This document shows, in pieces, positions 8,228-16,453 of a stretch of 64,000 nucleotides of DNA. A program made the position numbers and the translations under genes. The notes under the pieces are model-generated. The model ran no database searches. It was not told where the DNA came from and saw only the letters and a list, made by a program, of their open reading frames with translations. This DNA is from Candidatus Rokuibacteriota bacterium (GTDB taxonomy: Bacteria; Methylomirabilota; Methylomirabilia; Rokubacteriales; CSP1-6): positions 4,346-68,345 of the forward strand of contig QHSO01000001.1 in NCBI GenBank assembly GCA_003220475.1, read 5' to 3'. Each line of letters opens with the position of its first letter. Positions within the stretch are counted from its first letter, which is position 1.

Positions 8228-9399
8228 GGGCGTGGAGTATAGCGCCACGGAGCCGCGGCGGCGACGGTGGCGAGCACGACCGCAATCGCCGCGGCGAGGA
8301 ACGCCTCGCCGAACGCGGCGGGCAGTCCGACGATGTCGCGCCGCGCCGCGAACAGCCCGGCGAGGCCGAGCACTCCGGTGACGACGCCGAGCGTCCGCGC
8401 CAGGAACGCGAAGCCGCCCGCCATGCCCTGCTGCGCGCCGCCGAACGCGCCCATGATGAGCGCCATGTTGGGAACCTGAAACATGCCCAGACCGAATCCC
8501 GCCGCGAACAGCGCAACGGCGATCATGGGCATGCTCGTCGTCGCGTCCGCGCGGCTCAGCAGGAGCAGGCCGAGCGCCTCGAGCGCGAGCCCGCCGATCA
8601 TCGGGCCACGCGCGCCCAGGCGATCGGCGGCGACGCCGGCGACGGGCGCCGCCGCGGCCGTGCCGAGCGGCGTGAGCGTGAACAGCAGGCCCGCCGTAAG
8701 CGCGTCGAGCCCGCGCACGAGCACGAGATAGAACGGCGCGAGCAGCCAGACCGAGAAGATGGACGCATTCGCGAGGAACGCGAGGGCGCCCGGCGCGAGC
8801 ACGGCGCGACGCACGACGTCGGCGGCGGCCACGAGCCGTGTGGCGGCGCCGCGCGCCGCCGGCAGACCGGCGAGCGCCCAGCCGAACACGCCCAGCGCGA
8901 TCGGAACGCGGACATAGAAGGTAGAACGCCAGCCGAGGTGAGCCACGAGCAGCCCGGCGACGAGCGGCCCGACCGTGAAGCCGACGCCGATGCCCGCATT
9001 GAGGAAGCCGAGCGCGCGGCCCCGCGCCTGGGGCGGCGCGGCGAGCGTGACGATCCCCGGCGCCGTGCCGTAGACGAGGCCACCGCCGAGTCCTTGCAGC
9101 ACGCGCGCGCCCAGCAGCAGTCCAAACGTCGGCGCCAGCGCGCCGAGCGTGAGCGCCACGGCCGTGAGCAGCAGACCAACGCGGAACACGCGCGCGTGAC
9201 CCACACGGTCCGCGAGCGCGCCGCCCGAGAACGCGGTCAGCGCGTAGGTGAAGACGTAGCAGACGATCACCCAGCGCACGCGCTCCGGCGGCTCGGCGAA
9301 CGCCGCCGCCATGGCGGGAAACGCGACGTTGATGATCGAGTCGAGCGAGATGACGCCGGCGCCGGCCGCCGCGATCCAGCGGGTCACGGCTGGTATCAT
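8224..9399 (-). CDS. MFS transporter
   Basis: 391 aa with 12 predicted TM helices and typical MFS loop motifs (GALADRVGHAR, LQGLGGG). Its stop overlaps the start of the downstream selenoprotein gene. Confidence 0.85.
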   Translation of the reverse strand: MIPAVTRWIAAAGAGVISLDSIINVAFPAMAAAFAEPPERVRWVIVCYVFTYALTAFSGGALADRVGHARVFRVGLLLTAVALTLGALAPTFGLLLGARVLQGLGGGLVYGTAPGIVTLAAPPQARGRALGFLNAGIGVGFTVGPLVAGLLVAHLGWRSTFYVRVPIALGVFGWALAGLPAARGAATRLVAAADVVRRAVLAPGALAFLANASIFSVWLLAPFYLVLVRGLDALTAGLLFTLTPLGTAAAAPVAGVAADRLGARGPMIGGLALEALGLLLLSRADATTSMPMIAVALFAAGFGLGMFQVPNMALIMGAFGGAQQGMAGGFAFLARTLGVVTGVLGLAGLFAARRDIVGLPAAFGEAFLAAAIAVVLATVAAAAPWRYTPRP

Positions 9400-9407
9400 G
9401 GCACGCC

Positions 9408-9803
9408 ATGGAGCTGAAGCCCGGAGCCACCAACGAGATCACGTGGACGGTCACGCCAGACAAGACGGCCGACGCCATGGGCAATCGCGGCGTGAAGGTG
9501 TTCGCGACGCCGTGGCTGATCGGGATGCTCGAGGACGTGTGCGGCACGATGATCAAGCCCACGCTCCCGCCCGGCGCCACCACCGTCGGCACGATGGTGG
9601 AGATGCGTCACCTCGCGGCCACGCCGGTGGGCATGAGTGCGCGCGCGAAGGCCACGCTGCTCGAGACCGACGGTCGCCGCTTCCTGTTTTCCGTCGAGGC
9701 CTGGGACGCGAAGGACAAGATCGCCGAGGGACGGCACGAGCGCTTCGTCGTCCCGAATCTCGAGAAATTCCTCGAGCGCGTTATGAAGAAGGGCCAGGGC
9801 TGA
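9408..9803 (+). CDS. hotdog-fold thioesterase (FlK/thioesterase superfamily-like)
   Basis: 131 aa with GVKVFATPWLIGMLEDVC...VGTMVEMRHLAATPVG. Start lies 8 bp from the divergent MFS start. Confidence 0.7.
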   Translation: MELKPGATNEITWTVTPDKTADAMGNRGVKVFATPWLIGMLEDVCGTMIKPTLPPGATTVGTMVEMRHLAATPVGMSARAKATLLETDGRRFLFSVEAWDAKDKIAEGRHERFVVPNLEKFLERVMKKGQG

Positions 9804-10258
9804 TGCCGATCACCCTCGACCGCGCCGTGGTCGGCAAGGCGTTTCCCCCCTACGCCGTGACCGTCGAGCGCGGCAAGATCAAGGAATTCGCGCGCGCGGT
9901 CGGTGATCTCAATCCGTTCTATCTCGACGATCGCGTCGGCGCGGCATCGGAGTGGGGCGACATCATCGCGCCGCCGACGTTCGCCACGACGTTCCGTGAC
10001 GACAGCCTCGATTACACCGCGTTCCTGCGCGAGCTCGGCACCGACATCTCGCGCGTGCTGCACGGCGAGCAGGAGTTCGAGCTGCACCAGCCACTGCAGC
10101 CCGGGCGCACCTACCTGTGTCGCGCGAAGGTCGTCGATATTTACGAGAAGACCGGCAAGAGCGGGCCGATGGGCTTCGTCGTGCGCGAGACGACCGTCAC
10201 CGACGCCGACAACGAGATCGTCGGGACCATGCGCGCGGTGACGGTGGTGCGACTGTGA
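9803..10258 (+). CDS. FAS1-like dehydratase / MaoC N-terminal-type hotdog protein (HadA-like, UPF0336)
   Basis: M165 of track ORF 9311..10258. TGATG overlap with the previous gene. Non-catalytic hotdog fold (GDLNPFYLDD). Confidence 0.7.
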   Translation: MPITLDRAVVGKAFPPYAVTVERGKIKEFARAVGDLNPFYLDDRVGAASEWGDIIAPPTFATTFRDDSLDYTAFLRELGTDISRVLHGEQEFELHQPLQPGRTYLCRAKVVDIYEKTGKSGPMGFVVRETTVTDADNEIVGTMRAVTVVRL

Positions 10259-10689
10259 AATACGCCACGCTCTACGCCGAGGATGTCGACATCGGCGACG
10301 AGCTGCCGTCGCTCGTCAAGGGTCCGATCCAGCAGATCCAGCTCACGCGCTACGCGGGCGCCTCGGGCGACTTCAACCCCATCCATCAGGACGACGAATT
10401 CGCCAAGGCCGCCGGCATGGGCGGCGTCTTCGCCCACGGCATGCTGTCGATGGGTTTCGTCGCGCAGGCACTCAGCGACTGGGCGGGCGCCGGCCGCGTG
10501 CGAAAGCTCGGCGTCCGCTTCGCCGCGCTCGTGCGGCTCAAGGATGTCGTGACATGCCGCGGCCGCATAGTCGGCACATCGTCGAAGGACGACACGCATC
10601 TGGTCGAGGTCGAGGTGTGGGCCGAGAACCAGCACGGCGAGAAGGTCGTCACCGGGCACGCGACGGTGGCGCTGCCGTCACGGGGCTGA
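10255..10689 (+). CDS. MaoC-like (R)-specific enoyl-CoA/ACP hydratase subunit (HadB-like)
   Basis: GTG start overlapping the upstream stop. Catalytic motif DFNPIHQDDEFAKAAGMGGVFAHG. Confidence 0.75.
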   Translation: MKYATLYAEDVDIGDELPSLVKGPIQQIQLTRYAGASGDFNPIHQDDEFAKAAGMGGVFAHGMLSMGFVAQALSDWAGAGRVRKLGVRFAALVRLKDVVTCRGRIVGTSSKDDTHLVEVEVWAENQHGEKVVTGHATVALPSRG

Positions 10690-10713
10690 GCGGGGCGCAG
10701 TGGCGCTCGCGCG

Positions 10714-11256
10714 CTAACCGCCCGGCATCTGGCCGCGCGCGGCGACCCATTCGCGCAGGGCCTCTCGCGTCGACGGAAACGCGAGCGTGTCCCACGGAAT
10801 CTCCGCCGGCGTCACCCATTCCAGCAGGTCGTTCTCCGGGCACGCCGTCAGTGTGCCGCCGACGACGTTCGCGCGATACACGATGATCACCGGCGACCCC
10901 GGATACGAATACACGTTGTGCAGACCCGTCAGCTCGACCTTCAGCCCGGTCTCTTCGAAGGTCTCGCGCATGGCCGCGTCGGTCACGCTCTCGCCGAAAT
11001 CCACGAAGCCGCCGGGAAAGGTCCAGAGCCCCCGACCCGGGTTGATGGAGCGTCGAGTGAGGAGGATGCGGCCGTCCTGCTCCGGAATGGTCCCCGCGAC
11101 GACTTTCGGATTGAGATAGAAGACGAAGCCGCACGCCGCGCACACCGCCTGCTCGCGCAGATCCGGCGGCACCGGCGCGCGACCCAGCGTGCCCGCGCAT
11201 AGCGGGCAGAAGCGGATCGTTCCGGGCGCGAGCACACGCAGAGGGTCGTCGGTCAC
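10714..11256 (-). CDS. NUDIX hydrolase with N-terminal zinc ribbon
   Basis: Zinc ribbon CPLCAG...CAACG. Nudix box GGFVDFGESVTDAAMRETFEETG. Start trimmed to V28 (GTG) and is uncertain. Confidence 0.7.
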   Translation of the reverse strand: MTDDPLRVLAPGTIRFCPLCAGTLGRAPVPPDLREQAVCAACGFVFYLNPKVVAGTIPEQDGRILLTRRSINPGRGLWTFPGGFVDFGESVTDAAMRETFEETGLKVELTGLHNVYSYPGSPVIIVYRANVVGGTLTACPENDLLEWVTPAEIPWDTLAFPSTREALREWVAARGQMPGG

Positions 11257-11286
11257 GGGGTCCAGTCTAAACCACGCCTCCTCGCC

Positions 11287-11315
11287 TTGACCTCCGCGCG
11301 ACGCGATGCTACAAC
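11287..11315 (+). promoter_or_regulatory. candidate sigma70-like promoter for the Liv-type ABC operon
   Basis: TTGACC, then a 17-nt spacer, then TACAAC, about 40 nt upstream of AGGAGG and ATG 11355. Read by eye only. Confidence 0.25.
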
Positions 11316-11354
11316 CTCGCGCGTCGCGACCGTCCAACGCTCAGGAGGTTCCGC

Positions 11355-12623
11355 ATGACGCGCCGTCACCTCGCATTCGCGCTTGCCGCCATTCTCATCA
11401 CGCTCACCGTGCTCGCTGCCGTCACATATGGGCAGTCGGGCGAGTACAAGATCGGCGTGCTGGAGCCGCTGACCGGGCCGCTCGCCGGCGAGGGCAAGCG
11501 GCACCTCGAGGGCTTCGAGATCGTACGAGACATGATCAACGACCGCGGCGGCGTGATGGGCAAGAAGCTGACGTTCGTGGTGGCCGACGCGCCGGATCCG
11601 ACGGCGGCGGCGACCGAGGCGACCCGGCTAGCCACGCGCGAGGGCGTGAAGATCATCACCGGGACGTTCTCGTCGCGGCTCTGCGGGGCGGCCAGCGAGG
11701 CGGCCGCCCGCCAGAACGTCATCTACTGGGAGACCTCGTGCGTGGATCCGCGCTTCAACAAGCGCGGGCTGAAGAACGTCTACCGGACGGAGATCGATGC
11801 GACGGGCTTCGGCTGGTACAACGTCGAGTTCATCGCCAAGCACCTGGCGCCACGGTTCAACAAGAAGCCAAGCGAGCTGAAGATCGCGTTCCTGTCCGAG
11901 GACTCGTCGTACGGCCAGGGCGTGACGGAGTCGGCGCGTGCGCGGGCCAAGAACGAGTTCGGCATGCAGGAAGTGGCGGCGGAGTACTACAACTTCCAGA
12001 CGATCAACGACTTCACGCCGATCATCGTGAAGTTCAAGCAGCTGGCGCCGGACATCGTTCACCACATCGGCTACACCAACGACGCGCCCCTGTTCTGGCG
12101 GCAGGCGCGGGAGCAGAACTTCCTCTTCAAGGCGCACGTGCACGCGGGCGCCACCGGCTACGGCTCGGCGGACTTCGGCAAGGCGCTCGGCAACGACGCC
12201 AACGGCGCGTTCGCGCTGCTCGAGCCGGGGCCCGGGTTCAAGATCGAGTCGCTGAAGCCGGAAGGCCAGAAGATCGAGAAAGACTTCCGGGACGCCGTGC
12301 AGAAGCGGACGGGCTCCTATCCGCTCGGCGGTCACCAGCTCGCCGGCGGCGGGCTGTGGCTCCTCAAGCTCGTCCTCGATCGCGCGAAGAGCGATGACGC
12401 GGACAAGTTCAGGGACGCGGTGATGTCGCTCGATCTGCCGGCGGGCTCGATGATCAACGGCTGGGGCGTGAAGTTCAACCAGGAAGGCCAGAACGCCAAC
12501 GAGCGCGTGCAGCACTACATGCTGCAGTGGCAGAACGGCCAGCTCGTCACGGTGTGGCCCGAGGAATTCACGACCATGCGGGCGAAGTGGATCCCGCTGC
12601 CCGCCTGGGACCAGCGCAAATAG
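11355..12623 (+). CDS. ABC transporter substrate-binding protein, branched-chain amino acid (LivK/Peripla_BP_6) family
   Basis: Signal peptide, then KIGVLEPLTGPLAGEGKRHLEGFEI... typical of the LivK family. Confidence 0.85.
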   Translation: MTRRHLAFALAAILITLTVLAAVTYGQSGEYKIGVLEPLTGPLAGEGKRHLEGFEIVRDMINDRGGVMGKKLTFVVADAPDPTAAATEATRLATREGVKIITGTFSSRLCGAASEAAARQNVIYWETSCVDPRFNKRGLKNVYRTEIDATGFGWYNVEFIAKHLAPRFNKKPSELKIAFLSEDSSYGQGVTESARARAKNEFGMQEVAAEYYNFQTINDFTPIIVKFKQLAPDIVHHIGYTNDAPLFWRQAREQNFLFKAHVHAGATGYGSADFGKALGNDANGAFALLEPGPGFKIESLKPEGQKIEKDFRDAVQKRTGSYPLGGHQLAGGGLWLLKLVLDRAKSDDADKFRDAVMSLDLPAGSMINGWGVKFNQEGQNANERVQHYMLQWQNGQLVTVWPEEFTTMRAKWIPLPAWDQRK

Positions 12624-13501
12624 ACGTCGTCGCGCAGCTCGCGGTCTCGACGCTCCTGCTCGGGGGCATCTATGCCCTCATCGCGGTCGGGCTCACGCTG
12701 ATCTTCGGCATCATGCGCGTGGTGAACTTCGCGCACGGCGAGTTCCTGATGCTCGGCATGTACCTCGCGTTCTTCGCGTTCACGCTGCGCGGCGTCGATC
12801 CCTACCTCGTGCTCATCATCGCGATCCCGATCTTCTACCTCGTCGGCCTGTTCGTCTACGTGCTGGTCATGAGGGGCGTGATCCACGCCTCGCACAACGT
12901 GCAGATCTTCACGACGGTCGGCCTGTCCACGGCGCTGCAGAACATCGCGCTGGTGATGTGGACAGGCGACTTCCGCATCATCCGGCCGTGGGAATCCTCG
13001 GTGGTGCTGCGCGCGGCCGGCACAGCGTTCAATCTGGCGCAGGTCGTCGCCTTCGCGGTCGCCGTCGCGCTCACCGTGGCCCTGATGGCGTTCATGAAGT
13101 GGACGCACACGGGCCGGGTGATGCGCGCGACCGCGCAGGACCGCGACGCCGCCACGCTCATGGGCATCGACACCGATCGCGTCTATCGCCTGACGTTCGC
13201 GATCGGCATCGCCTGCGTCGGCGCGGCCGGCGTGCTCGTGTCGCCGCTCTACGCCGCCTATCCGCAGGCCGGCCTGCAGTTCGTGACGCTCGCGTACGTC
13301 GTCGTCGTGCTCGGCGGCCTCGGCGACATGGCGGGCGCCATGCTCGGCAGCCTCATCGTGGCCGCCGTCGAGGTGGGGGGCTCGTACATCTTCGGCGCCG
13401 CCTGGAAGGAAGTCTTCTACTTCCTGCTCTTCATCGGCGTCCTGGTCTTTCGTCCGGCCGGGTTGCTCGGCCAGCGCGGCGCCGAGACGCTCGGCGCATG
13501 A
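12587..13501 (+). CDS. ABC transporter permease, LivH family
   Basis: IYALIAVGLTLIFGIMRVVNFAHGEFLMLGMY motif. GTG start inferred. Confidence 0.8.
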   Translation: MDPAARLGPAQIDVVAQLAVSTLLLGGIYALIAVGLTLIFGIMRVVNFAHGEFLMLGMYLAFFAFTLRGVDPYLVLIIAIPIFYLVGLFVYVLVMRGVIHASHNVQIFTTVGLSTALQNIALVMWTGDFRIIRPWESSVVLRAAGTAFNLAQVVAFAVAVALTVALMAFMKWTHTGRVMRATAQDRDAATLMGIDTDRVYRLTFAIGIACVGAAGVLVSPLYAAYPQAGLQFVTLAYVVVVLGGLGDMAGAMLGSLIVAAVEVGGSYIFGAAWKEVFYFLLFIGVLVFRPAGLLGQRGAETLGA

Positions 13502-14475
13502 GCCGGCTCGCGCCCGACCGCTGGGCGGCCGTCGCGATGTTCGCGGTCGCGGCGTTGACGCCGCTCGTCGTGCGCGACGCGTTTCTGCTCGACAGCGTCA
13601 TCCTGATTCTGTTGTGGGGCGCGCTGTCCGCGGCCTGGAACGTGGCCGGCGGCTACGCGGGGCAGGTCTCCCTCGGCCACGCCGCGTTCTTCGGGATCGG
13701 CGCCTACGCGGCGGCGCTCATGAGCGCGCGCTATGCGCAGAGCCCGTGGCTCGGCCTGGCCGTCGGCGTCGCGCTCTCGGTCGTCGCCGGCGCGCTCATC
13801 GGTTATCTGTCGAATCGCCTCAAGGGCCCGTACTTCGCGTTGTCGACGATCGCCTTCGCCGAAGTCTTAAAAATCGTGGCGAGCCGCTGGCGCGGCTTCA
13901 CCTCGGGCTCGGAGGGCGTGCCGGTACCGTACCGGCCGGGGTTCTGGACGCTGGGCCTCGGCCACGTCGCGTGGCTCTACCTGATCCTCGTGGTCGCGGT
14001 GGGCTGCTATGCGCTGCAGGTCTATCTCGAGCGCTCGCGCGTCGGCTACCAGCTGGCCGGCGTGCGCGAGGACGAGGATGCCGCCGAGGCGCTCGGTATC
14101 GCCACGCGGCGTCGCAAGGTGCAGGCGATCGTCCTGAGCGCCGCGATGACGTCCGCGTGCGGCAGCCTGTGGGCGCAGTACGTCGGCTTCGTGGATCCCT
14201 CGCACGTGTTCTCGATCGATCTGTCCGTCCGCTTCGCGCTCAACAGCATCATCGGCGGCATCGGAACCGCGCTCGGTCCGTTCCTGGGCTCCCTCCTCAT
14301 CACGTCGCTCGAGACGTACCTGCGCGCCACGTTCTCCGGCGTGGAGGCGAGCTTCACCGGGATCTACCTGATCATCTACGGCGTCGTGTTGATCCTCATC
14401 GTGCGATTCGCGCCCGACGGGCTCACGGGCATCGCCGGCCGGTTTTGGGCGTGGAGGGCGCGTGCTCACGCTTGA
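13498..14475 (+). CDS. ABC transporter permease, LivM family
   Basis: 325 aa tail of track ORF 12958..14475 (AGGYAGQVSLGHAAFFGIGAY). ATGA overlap with the upstream stop. Confidence 0.8.
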   Translation: MSRLAPDRWAAVAMFAVAALTPLVVRDAFLLDSVILILLWGALSAAWNVAGGYAGQVSLGHAAFFGIGAYAAALMSARYAQSPWLGLAVGVALSVVAGALIGYLSNRLKGPYFALSTIAFAEVLKIVASRWRGFTSGSEGVPVPYRPGFWTLGLGHVAWLYLILVVAVGCYALQVYLERSRVGYQLAGVREDEDAAEALGIATRRRKVQAIVLSAAMTSACGSLWAQYVGFVDPSHVFSIDLSVRFALNSIIGGIGTALGPFLGSLLITSLETYLRATFSGVEASFTGIYLIIYGVVLILIVRFAPDGLTGIAGRFWAWRARAHA

Positions 14476-15187
14476 GGCGGTGACCAAACGCTTCGGCGGC
14501 CTCACCGCCGTGCGCGCGGTGAGCCTGGAGGTTCGCGCCGGCGACCTGCTCGGCATCATCGGACCCAACGGCGCCGGCAAGACCACGCTGTTCAACGTCA
14601 TCGCCGGCTATTACCGGCCGGAGGAAGGCCGCGTGCGCTTCGAGGGCCGCGACGTGACCGGTCTGCCGCCACACGCGATCGCGCGCCTGGGGCTGACGCG
14701 CACCTTTCAGATCGTCAAGCCGTTCGGCAACCTCTCCGTCGCCGACAACGTGATGATCGGCGCACTCACGCGCCTGCCCCGCGTGGCGCACGCGCGCGCC
14801 GAAGCCGAGCGCGTCATCGATCTGTGCGGACTCGGCCCTCACCGATACGCGCGCGCCCGCGCGCTGCCCATCGCGCTGCGCAAGCGGCTGGAGGTCGCGC
14901 GCGCGCTCGCCACCCGTCCACGGTTGCTTCTCCTCGACGAAGTGATGGCCGGCCTCAACCCCACCGAGCTCGTCGGCATCGTCGACCTCGTGCGTCGCGT
15001 GCACGCCGAAGGCGTCACGCTGATCGTCATCGAGCACGTCATGGCCGCGATGATGCGGCTGGCGCAGCGCATCGTCATGCTCCACCACGGCGAGAAGATC
15101 GCCGAGGGCACGCCGCAGGAGATCGCCCACGACCGGCGCGTCATCGACGCCTACCTCGGCGACGAGTTCAACCTTGCTGAGGCTTGA
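14462..15187 (+). CDS. ABC transporter ATP-binding protein, LivG family
   Basis: Walker A GPNGAGKTT, signature and Walker B motifs. Confidence 0.85.
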   Translation: MLTLEAVTKRFGGLTAVRAVSLEVRAGDLLGIIGPNGAGKTTLFNVIAGYYRPEEGRVRFEGRDVTGLPPHAIARLGLTRTFQIVKPFGNLSVADNVMIGALTRLPRVAHARAEAERVIDLCGLGPHRYARARALPIALRKRLEVARALATRPRLLLLDEVMAGLNPTELVGIVDLVRRVHAEGVTLIVIEHVMAAMMRLAQRIVMLHHGEKIAEGTPQEIAHDRRVIDAYLGDEFNLAEA

Positions 15188-15878
15188 GGCCGTCGACGCG
15201 TTCTACGGCGATGTGCAGGCGCTCTTCGGCATCTCCCTCGAAGTGCCCGCGGGCGGCATCTTCGCGCTCGTCGGCGCCAACGCCGCCGGCAAGACCACCA
15301 CGCTGCGCGTGGTCTCCGGCCTGGTGGCCCCGCGCCACGGCCGCGTCGTCTTCGACGGCCGCGACCTCGCGCGCGTGCCGGCCGCGCAGCGCGTCGAGCT
15401 CGGGATCGTCCAGGTGCCCGAGGGGCGCCGGCTGTTTCCGTTCATGACGGTGACGGAGAACCTGCTGCTCGGCGCGCATGCCGTGCGGGCGCGCGCCGAG
15501 CGCGACGCGACGCTGCGGTACGTCTATCGGTTGTTTCCCGTGCTCGAGGAGCGCGCGGCGCAGCTCGCGGGCTCGCTGTCCGGCGGCGAGCAACAGATGT
15601 GCGCGATCGGCCGCGCGCTGATGGCGCGGCCGCGGCTGCTCATGCTCGACGAGCCGACGCTCGGCCTGGCGCCCGTGCTCGTGGGGCGCATCTTCGAGAC
15701 GGTCCGCACGATCAACGCCGACGGCGTCACCGTGTTGCTGGTCGAGCAGAACGTCCGCCAGGCGCTCACGCTGGCCACGCACGCGTGCGTGCTCGAATCC
15801 GGCAAGCTGGTGCTCGAGGGCGCCGGCCGCGCGCTGCTCGTCGACGAGCGTCTCAAGCGCGCGTATCTCGGTTTGTGA
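15174..15878 (+). CDS. ABC transporter ATP-binding protein, LivF family
   Basis: GANAAGKTT and LSGGEQQM signature motifs. Confidence 0.85.
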   Translation: MLRLEAVDAFYGDVQALFGISLEVPAGGIFALVGANAAGKTTTLRVVSGLVAPRHGRVVFDGRDLARVPAAQRVELGIVQVPEGRRLFPFMTVTENLLLGAHAVRARAERDATLRYVYRLFPVLEERAAQLAGSLSGGEQQMCAIGRALMARPRLLMLDEPTLGLAPVLVGRIFETVRTINADGVTVLLVEQNVRQALTLATHACVLESGKLVLEGAGRALLVDERLKRAYLGL

Positions 15879-15880
15879 CT

Positions 15881-16411
15881 ATGCCCGTCTATCACGTGCA
15901 TTTCACCTGCGCCGCCGACTACAACGCGCGACGACTGCCGTACCGCCCTGCCCACCTCACCCAGCTCACCACGCTGCGCGACGAAGGCCGCGTCGTCGCA
16001 GGAGGCCCGGAGCCGGATGGCAGTGCCGCGCACATCTTCTATCGCGTCGCGGACCGCGCCGATCTGGATCGGCTCGTCGCGGACAACGAGTTCCAGCGTG
16101 CCGGGCTCTTCGTCGCCCACGCGGCCCGCGCCTTCGACGATTTCGTCGAGCCGATCGAGCGGCTGCCGCCCGACGCAGGCTGGAAGGTCACGCTCGTCGA
16201 GGGAATGCCGACCGATCGTGCCGGCGCCAGCGCAGCGCTGACGAGACTGCGCACCGAGAAGCTCGTGAACCTGGGCGGCTTCTTTGCGGATAGCCGCGGC
16301 CTGGCCGTCGTGCGCCTCTCGGACGCCGCGGCCGCGCTCGCCACGCTGGAGACCGCCGGCGGCTGGGACGCCGCGCGCCTCACGGCGCGTTCCTGGAGCC
16401 AGACGCTCTAG
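15881..16411 (+). CDS. tandem YciI-like domain protein
   Basis: M95 of track ORF 15599..16411. Two repeats of about 85 aa resembling YciI/Dabb (MPVYHVHFTCAAD...). Confidence 0.55.
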   Translation: MPVYHVHFTCAADYNARRLPYRPAHLTQLTTLRDEGRVVAGGPEPDGSAAHIFYRVADRADLDRLVADNEFQRAGLFVAHAARAFDDFVEPIERLPPDAGWKVTLVEGMPTDRAGASAALTRLRTEKLVNLGGFFADSRGLAVVRLSDAAAALATLETAGGWDAARLTARSWSQTL

Positions 16412-16453
16412 TTCTCGGTCGAGCAAGCGTCCACGTTATAGAGTGGAGGGCCC

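Noticed and set aside
8228-9592. Upstream 450 codons of track ORF 7955..9592
   Set aside because: Only the last 90 codons are real (the UGSC N-terminal domain). The rest is an alternative frame across the MFS transporter gene. The translation is Arg/Gly/Ala low-complexity. The real ATG at 8225-8227 sits exactly on the MFS stop.
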